From Octopus vulgaris (lineage: Eukaryota): a DNA stretch of 64,000 bases. The stretch lies in assembly GCA_951406725.2 (NCBI GenBank), contig OX597830.1, forward strand, positions 11,346,001 to 11,410,000. The letters run 5' to 3'. This document shows, in pieces, positions 61,427-64,000 of this stretch. Numbering within the stretch: position 1 is the stretch's first letter; every line of letters starts with the position of its first letter. The position numbers were made by a program, and so were the translations under genes. The notes under the pieces were generated by a model that saw only the letters and a list, made by a program, of their open reading frames with translations, did not search any database and was not told the DNA's origin.

Positions 61427-61782
61427 AATAATAATAATAATAATAATTGTGTACAGTGCTCATACTGCATATGGATATACTGATATGGATATATTAAATG
61501 TCTCGTTAAGAGGATCAAAGAAAATGTATATCAACAACAAACTTTAACTGTCGAAGCTGTCGCTGCTATTATCACTACCATTACTAGAGAAATTACTTAC
61601 TTTTTTTATTAATGTATTATTCTGGAGGAATGAGAGGAATCGTCCATAACCCATTTGGGAAAAGGTTGTCATACCAAAATCTTCCAATAACCGTTCTTCG
61701 ATTTTGTTGAAGTGATTCAAGTTTAAAGTCCCGGAAGATATGTATTTTTCCAGATACTTTTTCAAAGACTGAAGGACTTGTT
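1577..61782 (-). CDS. Multi-exon NO VEIN-like / sacsin-related GHKL ATPase protein gene (partial; 23 exons, ~1717 codons, 5' and 3' ends outside window)
   Basis: 23 exons with AG/GT boundaries and matching phases form one open frame. GHKL motifs: HFVLELIQNADDN, NNEVGFKEKNIRAICDVGKSTK, GYIGQKGIGFKSVF. NOV-type motifs: HPSLLLFLHRL, QPVFAFLPLRSYGLRFIIQGDFDLPSNRE. Confidence 0.9.
2116..2330 (+). mobile_element. SINE family C nested in an older SINE (about 2100-2705)
   Basis: A/B-box head, GCCTTTCATCCTTTC.GGGTCGATAAA body, flanked by duplicated GGTTAAGAAG. Other C copies: 3275-,18075+,25872+,29608+,32699+,34502-,41157-,50970+,52472-. Confidence 0.85.
3910..5122 (-). CDS. NOV-like exon 22 (1213-nt long exon)
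   Basis: ttttag|GAT CAG...ACC G|gtgagt; matches 408-aa ORF 3890..5116; phase 0/1. Confidence 0.92.
5623..5989. mobile_element. MITE with 24-bp inverted repeats
   Basis: TCTGTGTGAAAAGTCTGGCTGCAT (5623-5646) is the exact reverse complement of 5966-5989. Confidence 0.75.
6727..7037 (+). mobile_element. RTE-LINE 3' end (family A), three tandem modules
   Basis: 3x CACGTAAAAAGCACC, conserved 3' block, (GAT)n tail. Confidence 0.85.
7212..7363 (-). CDS. NOV-like exon 21
   Basis: ttgtag|GT TAT...AAT AAA|gtcagt; YDWVLLTDVYL...WHEFFGKLKVTD, phase 1/0. Confidence 0.88.
7490..7925 (+). mobile_element. tRNA-derived SINE family B with internal (TA)n
   Basis: GGCGTAGGAGTGGCTGTGTGGTAAG head, GGGTTCAG B-box, CCTTGGG.AAG body, (AAGAGTAA)n tail. 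Other copies: 8686+,16977+,19530-,20965-,43361+,50233-,55348+,57451+,59332-,62700-. Confidence 0.85.
8686..9108 (+). mobile_element. SINE family B, full length
   Basis: Near-identical to 7490-7925 and 55348-55735. Confidence 0.85.
9538..9739 (-). CDS. NOV-like exon 20
   Basis: tattcag|TTG AAG...CCA G|gtaaga; PLKTNKG...IHFTPSYGN, phase 0/1. Confidence 0.9.
10320..12800 (+). pseudogene. Decayed RTE-type LINE ORF (APE endonuclease + RT remnants)
   Basis: TTIVCCYISPNE..LLIGEDFDAQL..TNRNG (APE), HILALRGIIQE (RT), DLKYFGSYI; many stops and frameshifts. Confidence 0.75.
12271..12586 (-). mobile_element. Old tRNA-derived SINE inside the decayed LINE
   Basis: Reverse complement: AGTGGTTAGGG A-box, GAGTTCAATTCC B-box, TGTGTCCTTGAGCAAGACACTT body; tail resembles family D tail. 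Confidence 0.65.
12842..13061. mobile_element. piggyBac-type MITE (CCCTTTAG termini)
   Basis: TTAA|CCCTTTAGCGTT...ACACTAAAGGG|TCAA; related copy 22502-22722. Confidence 0.75.
13435..15215 (-). mobile_element. 5'-inverted RTE LINE insertion with 12-bp TSD
   Basis: Minus strand 13435-13708 carries the ORF C-terminus (FAGHCCR...DREVWR) and (TGA)n tail. Plus strand ~13716-15215 carries the upstream ORF part (PVLLYGSETW). TSD ATCAGTGTATGT at 13423-13434 and 15213-15224. Confidence 0.9.
13849..15145 (+). repeat. 38-bp minisatellite, 34 copies
   Basis: Unit GAGAGCCGGTTGGATGGAACCTACACTCGCCTCCTTAT; 13849 to 15141 = 1292 bp = 34 x 38. Confidence 0.97.
15542..16628 (-). mobile_element. Non-autonomous piggyBac deletion derivative
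   Basis: TTAA TSDs; CCCTTTCGTTAC / GTATCGAAAGGG termini; truncated acidic transposase N-terminus (SESEFEGF...WSENL...ALDYFFLLF...TNCYA). Confidence 0.9.
16777..17565. mobile_element. Nested SINE B: plus-strand copy (16977-~17375) inside a minus-strand copy
   Basis: The minus copy's 3' half (16777-16975) and 5' half (~17390-17565) flank a complete plus copy. Confidence 0.85.
17655..17836 (-). CDS. NOV-like exon 19
   Basis: ttttcag|AT AAA...TGG AAG|gtttgt; DLRTVHSELF...IINHHILP, phase 1/0. Confidence 0.9.
18075..18461 (+). mobile_element. SINE family C, tandem dimer
   Basis: Two consecutive bodies; the second starts at GGTATTTCG without the A-box. Confidence 0.8.
18762..19153 (+). mobile_element. 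Non-autonomous Helitron
   Basis: A|TCTTTATATATAAAA 5' end; subterminal CCCAAGCAACGCCGGG hairpin; CTAG|T 3' end; internal ~100-bp tandem duplication. Confidence 0.8.
19822..20028 (-). CDS. NOV-like exon 18
   Basis: gttcag|TT AAC...AAT G|gtgagt; IARWFACVY...IRIIPLS...VFLP, phase 1/1. Confidence 0.9.
20110..20333. mobile_element. piggyBac-type ~225-bp MITE
   Basis: TTAA|CCCTTTTG...CAAAAAGGG|TTAA; copies at 41332-41552, 47496-47730, 58817-59037, partial at 40692 and 49440. Confidence 0.85.
20965..21353 (-). mobile_element. SINE family B
   Basis: Reverse complement of the 8686-9108 consensus. Confidence 0.85.
22502..22722. mobile_element. piggyBac-type MITE (CCCTTTAG termini)
   Basis: TTAA|CCCTTTAGCATT...ACACTAAAGGG; same family as 12842-13061 in opposite orientation. 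Confidence 0.75.
22781..23020 (-). CDS. NOV-like exon 17
   Basis: ttttag|GT GGC...ACA G|gtgagt; IQWKIPSQTL...LCYLHPDL, phase 1/1. Confidence 0.9.
24325..24484 (-). CDS. NOV-like exon 16
   Basis: ttctag|GCT CAT...GAA G|gtaagg; YLQFVPEEDEVLDFFRPIA, phase 0/1. Confidence 0.9.
24654..24766 (-). CDS. NOV-like exon 15
   Basis: ttgtag|GT GAT...TTC AAG|gtaagg; GDFDLPSNREAVDSDSLWNQWL, phase 1/0. Confidence 0.93.
25055..25089 (-). ncRNA. Minimal type I hammerhead-ribozyme-like motif in a (TA)n-flanked element (24964-25167)
   Basis: GUUU-CUGAUGA-A-GAGC ucu GCUU-GAA-ACGU-U-AAAC. Confidence 0.6.
25700..26700 (-). pseudogene. Possible highly decayed LTR-retrotransposon (BEL/Pao-like) pol fragment, interrupted by SINE C
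   Basis: Weak peptide echoes only (PLQDGQMWIEGDL, GTDHI..QLSEQ, DILGTLYL); many stops. Confidence 0.25.
26900..28275. repeat. Foldback (palindromic) element split by piggyBac insertion
   Basis: 26900-27035 is the imperfect reverse complement of 27048-27147 joined to 28242-28275. Confidence 0.8.
27148..28241 (-). mobile_element. Non-autonomous piggyBac deletion derivative (second copy)
   Basis: TTAA TSDs; CCCTTTCGTTAC/GTAACGAAAGGG perfect TIR; near-identical to 15542-16628. Confidence 0.92.
28590..28962 (+). mobile_element. tRNA-derived SINE family D
   Basis: GGAGGCGCAATGGCCCAGTGGTTAGGG head, GGTTTCGATTCC B-box, flanking direct repeat AATGGAAAACGAT. Confidence 0.85.
29277..29891 (+). mobile_element. 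Non-autonomous Helitron containing SINE C (29608-29838)
   Basis: A|TC..TATATATAAACGG 5' end; long 3' hairpin ending CTAG|T; second copy 63234-63576. Confidence 0.8.
30070..30725 (+). mobile_element. Longest family A copy, linking it to an RTE ORF C-terminus
   Basis: 30083-30163 translates LGLIKEMTSD*DFWKYSVL*KTRQAR* (RTE-type DR..W end), followed by 3' UTR and (GAT)n. Confidence 0.75.
30811..30883 (-). CDS. NOV-like exon 14
   Basis: ctttcag|GTA CTC...CAA G|gtaaat; VLPEKQPVFAFLPLRSYGLRFIIQ, phase 0/1. Confidence 0.93.
31699..31928. mobile_element. Penelope-like inverted pseudo-LTR fragment in a (TA)n tract
   Basis: ~70-bp inverted repeat 31770-31840 / 31858-31928; each arm carries a hammerhead-like core. 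Confidence 0.6.
31858..31895 (+). ncRNA. Hammerhead-like motif (CCGACGA core variant); mirror copy 31803-31840 on minus strand
   Basis: CUGU-CCGACGA-ACG ggaa UGU-GAA-ACUC c GAGU-A-ACAG. Confidence 0.55.
32053..32133 (-). CDS. NOV-like exon 13
   Basis: ggtcag|GTG AAA...GCT CAG|gtttgt; VKSDIDVESTEIALAFP, phase 0/0. Confidence 0.88.
33246..33905 (-). mobile_element. SINE family D with duplicated ~270-bp 3' portion
   Basis: 33246-33516 repeated at ~33517-33787; flanking direct repeat AAATGAATGTGATG. Confidence 0.85.
34260..34391 (-). CDS. NOV-like exon 12
   Basis: tttcag|ATT CAA...GCG CAG|gtatga; IQGTETVMQR...DRWFVIKK, phase 0/0. Confidence 0.88.
36374..36509 (-). CDS. NOV-like exon 11
   Basis: taatag|T TGG...AAT GAG|gtaagt; WVTKILLPLK...DIHPSLLLFLHRLKKI, phase 2/0. 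Confidence 0.93.
38308..38461 (-). CDS. NOV-like exon 10 (GHKL glycine-rich box)
   Basis: tgctag|GT CAA...GAT AA|gttagt; GQKGIGFKSVFRITDRPEIHSN...GYILPHW, phase 1/2. Confidence 0.95.
38687..39128. mobile_element. Probable non-autonomous DNA element with CCCTAA tract and internal inverted duplication
   Basis: GGATCTTTTCGGTTTGAACGGCAG start; 38879-38920 is inverted at 39089-39128. Confidence 0.45.
39794..40261 (-). CDS. NOV-like exon 9 (GHKL ATPase N and G1 boxes)
   Basis: tttacag|AT GTT...ATT G|gtgagt; IRREEFG, LYSKDTHFVLELIQNADDN, NNEVGF, phase 1/1. Confidence 0.95.
40314..40715 (+). repeat. ~400-bp intronic duplication (partner 45955-46356)
   Basis: About 2 mismatches seen by eye over 402 bp. 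Confidence 0.9.
40811..41154 (+). repeat. 344-bp copy of hAT 3' region (partner 43017-43360)
   Basis: About 2 mismatches seen by eye; ATT microhomology at left junction. Confidence 0.9.
42685..45080 (-). mobile_element. Decayed hAT transposon (ZNF862/ZBED-like transposase) interrupted by SINE B and family A
   Basis: CAGTGTTGCCAAC terminus at 42685; SLLLDES, CVCHSLQLAV, TRW motifs and hATC-like LTLPNSNAKVDWLFS; other terminus not found. Confidence 0.85.
45744..45891 (-). CDS. NOV-like exon 8 (acidic linker)
   Basis: ttttag|GAG GAG...TCT G|gtaatc; EELIESDSEDSIKSSDEDD, phase 0/1 bridges exons 7 and 9. Confidence 0.8.
45955..46356 (+). repeat. ~400-bp intronic duplication (partner 40314-40715)
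   Basis: Ends inside the MITE left end and runs into a T/TTG tract. Confidence 0.9.
47873..47965. repeat. Compound trinucleotide microsatellite (TCC)n(TAC)n(TTC)n
   Basis: Directly visible. Confidence 0.95.
48150..48660 (+). pseudogene. RTE LINE 3' fragment
   Basis: RLESFNHLCLQRI, RRLHWLGHAL, GGQRKTW, ASNRQVWSAFVRDA; CAAGA tail. Confidence 0.75.
49010..49340 (+). pseudogene. RTE LINE fragment (internally deleted APE-to-RT junction)
   Basis: VDLCCIKE joined to DEMQFGFVPGRSTTDAIFLVQQLQEKY...DMDKAFGRVP. Confidence 0.85.
49350..49436 (+). pseudogene. Ty3/Gypsy integrase fragment
   Basis: RFLLELFV*YGAPGKLASDNGTQSTGYE resembles the integrase core F..YG.P....SDNG.QF. Confidence 0.6.
49870..50100 (-). 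CDS. NOV-like exon 7
   Basis: ttgaaag|ATG TTC...TCT GAG|gtatgt; MFLEPLGKV...RLETLGCLLGIADW, phase 0/0. Confidence 0.9.
50233..50657 (-). mobile_element. SINE family B
   Basis: Reverse complement of consensus with long (TA)n. Confidence 0.85.
51835..51926 (-). CDS. NOV-like exon 6
   Basis: tttctag|AT GAT...AAT AAG|gtaagt; DEKYTGNPAKFVLDCLLRLPIQICVSVANK, phase 1/0. Confidence 0.88.
52746..53000 (-). CDS. NOV-like exon 5
   Basis: ttacag|GT GGC...CAA G|gtaagt; ETEPGKYLKI...CGHLVSLIV, phase 1/1. Confidence 0.9.
53881..54383 (+). mobile_element. Probable solo LTR
   Basis: TG...CA ends with imperfect IR (TGCTGAGTG / CACCCAAACA), flanks ATGTA / GTGTA, AATAAA near 54289, GC-richer than flanks. Confidence 0.45.
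54772..54971 (-). CDS. NOV-like exon 4
   Basis: tttcag|A TCA ATG...GAA G|gtatgt; CPLLEDMSAWSHWPLVFEPQFG, phase 2/1. Confidence 0.9.
55348..55735 (+). mobile_element. SINE family B
   Basis: Matches 8686-9108. Confidence 0.85.
55805..55962 (-). CDS. NOV-like exon 3
   Basis: tttccag|AAT AAT...GAA AG|gtaaac; NNLIENALCHHY...YEAALCSLE, phase 0/2. Confidence 0.85.
57235..57369 (-). CDS. NOV-like exon 2
   Basis: tttccag|ATT TTG...ATC CAA|gtaagt; ILDETG...CTTIQ, 135 nt, phase 0/0. Confidence 0.8.
57451..57853 (+). mobile_element. SINE family B with short internal deletion
   Basis: Matches consensus except after the B-box. Confidence 0.85.
59138..60215 (+). mobile_element. Decayed piggyBac remnant interrupted by SINE B (59332-59720)
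   Basis: CCCTTTAGTG start; acidic SDSDFEDF..ESSSDEED..W....PNFTEK..ETVTKETN peptide. Confidence 0.55.
61132..61169 (-). ncRNA. Hammerhead-like motif (CUGUUGA variant) in a short (TA)n-adjacent element (about 61033-61248)
   Basis: UCUUU-CUGUUGA-A-GAGC guag GCUC-GAA-ACGU-A-AAAGA. Confidence 0.5.
61353..61447. repeat. Compound microsatellite (GAA)n(GAT)n(AAT)n
   Basis: Directly visible. Confidence 0.95.
61601..61782 (-). CDS. NOV-like exon 1 (numbered within window)
   Basis: tctttcag|AA CAA GTC...ATA AAA AAA|gtaagt; QVLQSLKKYLEKY...FSQMGYGRFLSFL; phase 1 in, 0 out. Confidence 0.8.
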
Positions 61783-62074
61783 CTGAAAGACAATTAAAGG
61801 TACAATATTTAGCTGTTTTCTTTTCAAATGTTCATAAAATAATTTGATTCAATCATTAAATTTTCATTTCACTTTAGACTGATACAATCTTTAATTTCAG
61901 TTTCATATAAACTGTAAATTGGGAAAGTAATTGAGGAAACCCAATTCTTTTCAAACTACACTCACAGAGGAGTTGAACTAAACACTAAGCGATTAATTTT
62001 GTTGTATTGATGTCTTTTGACAACGTTTGTTGCTCTGACAGATAGTGTTATATTCCAAAGTCACTGATAGAATG

Positions 62075-62548
62075 TTTCCATATAGTCAACGAAAGCCAGG
62101 TACGAGGGCTTATCTTTGGCTAGGTATTTCTCTTGCAGCTGTCTTAGCAGAAATATAGCATCAGTGGTGCTTTTCCCAGGCACAAACCCAAACTGCATCT
62201 CATCTAAACTCACTCTCTCCCTAATTAGTTGGGCTATGACCCTCTCCGTGACCTTCATTACCTGATCCAACAACTTGATACCTCTGTAATTATTTGTATC
62301 TAAAGCATCACCTTTACCTTTGTAGCAGTTGACTATGGTGCTGCTACACCAGTCATTGGGTATGACTCCTTCATGTATCACCTGGTTAACTATACAGGTG
62401 ACTAGGCTATAACCGACACTGCCAGATATTTTGAGCATCTCTGCAGTAATTCCTGATGGGCTGGAGGCTTTCCCTGTTTTCATACTCTTAATTGCTTTAT
62501 CTACCAAGGTACTGTCAACTCAGATAGCTGGCCCCTCTGTTGGGTTAA
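62075..62548 (-). pseudogene. RTE LINE reverse-transcriptase fragment
   Basis: MKTGKASSPSGITAEMLK, IPNDW, NYRGIKLL, QFGFVPGKSTTDAIF. Confidence 0.92.
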
Positions 62549-63233
62549 CACAGACAGACAGAAAAGGATTTATGCATGAGATTATTATATATTTATATAT
62601 ACATGCATTTTTCTGTTTCCTTTTTCTCAATATTAAATTACTGTACATCACACCTAACACTCTATACACACACATGTATGTATGTTTATGTATATGACAT
62701 TTGAGTGTGGCCATGCCGGAGTACCGCCTTTTAATTGAAGAAATCGACCCTTAGACTTATTCTTTGTAAGCCTGGTGCTTATTCTATTGATATCTTCTGC
62801 CAAATCACTAAGTGACAGGGACGTAAACACACCAACATCGGTTTCTAAGCGATGTTCGGGTAGAACAAACACAGACACAAAAACACACATGGTCAGCCGA
62901 AGGCTATAGTAGAAGACTACCTAGTTATGTCTTATAATATACTCCAATTAGTTTATTTGATTTAATTTACTAAACTTATTCTTTCATACTTTATAATCTA
63001 CGTATAAAATTACATTTTGCAGGTAAGTTGATCTAGCAAATTAAATGAATGTTATGTCATATAATTATTTATGGAAATTAAGAACTTTTGGTAAATCTCA
63101 TATTACCTCCCCTTAACTCATTAACACGAGGATTATATTACCTGAGATTATTTTTATATACAGGAATGACGTATTTTATTTCTGATGTATTAATTAAGCT
63201 TATTTTTCCATTAGTCTTATTATTTCGTATTAA

Positions 63234-63576
63234 TCTCTCTATATATAAACGGCAAAATGTCTGCATGTGTGTCCTTTATACAAACCCACAATTTTTAAGT
63301 TAGAGGGCTTGCACTTACTATGGTCATTCAAAACTGTCCAAGGGTGGTCGTGCACATCTTTACATTTCCCCAGTCACCCCGTAAAGCCATTAAAAAATCA
63401 ATAGAAGTGACTTTTTTGTGAATTTTCTATCCAAAACCCAATCAAAATGCCCGAAACTTGATACACCAATTGAATGCCAGCTAGCTGTGTGTGATTGGTT
63501 GGAGGTTTGGACAGTACTCGTGTGTATGTGCGCATGCACGCAGCTGTATATGCATGCACTAGCACTATAGTGCTAG
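63234..63576 (+). mobile_element. Non-autonomous Helitron (same family as 29277-29891)
   Basis: A|TCTCTCTATATATAAACGG start, CTAG|T end, collinear body. Confidence 0.8.
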
Positions 63577-63652
63577 TTAGTACTGAAATGTGCCAAGTTA
63601 ACAGCATATTGAGGTGATACCTGATCCACTGCTTAAATACATAAATAAATTA

Positions 63653-64000
63653 CACTGGTCAACAGCCAATTTTCATCAGGGATATTATATGGTGTTTTAT
63701 ATGTAGTTTTGTCTGCAGATTTCAAAAATGTAATCGGTTTCCTTCTATCAGGCACAGTTTTTCTGATGAGATAAGAGAGGTATATAACTCTCATCAGCAG
63801 TATTGCTACAGGTAAACGTCTTATACAGGTAAATTCTGACTTTTGTTTTATAACTATTTGTATTCATTTTGTAATTTAATGTTTTCATAATCTTTTCTTT
63901 TCATAAATTTCCCTTTCAGTTTAAGGTGCCAAGTCGCCATCATCATCAAATTCTACTCAGGATGTCAAGGCATTGCAAGAACAGTCCGGATATATTTTGT
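63653..64000 (+). mobile_element. Probable left end of a Chapaev3-like (CMC) DNA transposon with transposase start at 63962
   Basis: CACTGGTCAAC terminus; ATG 63962 gives MSRHCKNSPDIFC, matching the recalled CxNxPDxFC(YICG) N-terminus; cut by window edge. Confidence 0.5.

Noticed and set aside
63763-63797. Hammerhead starting at CTGATGA
   Set aside because: No GAAA core follows; it is a simple CTGATGAGA/TCTCATCAG inverted repeat
1-64000. Prokaryotic operon or defence island
   Set aside because: Spliceosomal introns, SINEs and microsatellites throughout; no bacterial gene organisation

Overview
AT-rich, repeat-dense eukaryotic DNA. The SINE/LINE families and abundant (TA)n/(GAT)n microsatellites point to a coleoid cephalopod, probably Octopus (inference from recalled repeat families). 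The whole window lies inside one large minus-strand gene. I traced 23 GT-AG exons (61782 down to 1577) with matching phases at every junction, giving 5153 nt and about 1717 codons. The product is a NO VEIN-like / sacsin-related GHKL (HSP90-like) ATPase protein, and both of its ends lie outside the window. The introns hold about 22 copies of a structured RTE-LINE 3' end and at least three tRNA-derived SINE families. They also hold piggyBac deletion derivatives and TTAA MITEs, Helitrons, a decayed hAT transposase, a probable solo LTR and a probable Chapaev3 left end. The most notable observations are: four minimal hammerhead-ribozyme-like motifs; an RTE insertion with a twin-priming inversion that carries a 34 x 38-bp array; tandem pseudoknot-like modules in the dominant LINE tail; and a cluster of near-identical local duplications around exons 8-9. 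All coordinates were read by eye: exon boundaries were checked base by base, repeat boundaries are approximate.
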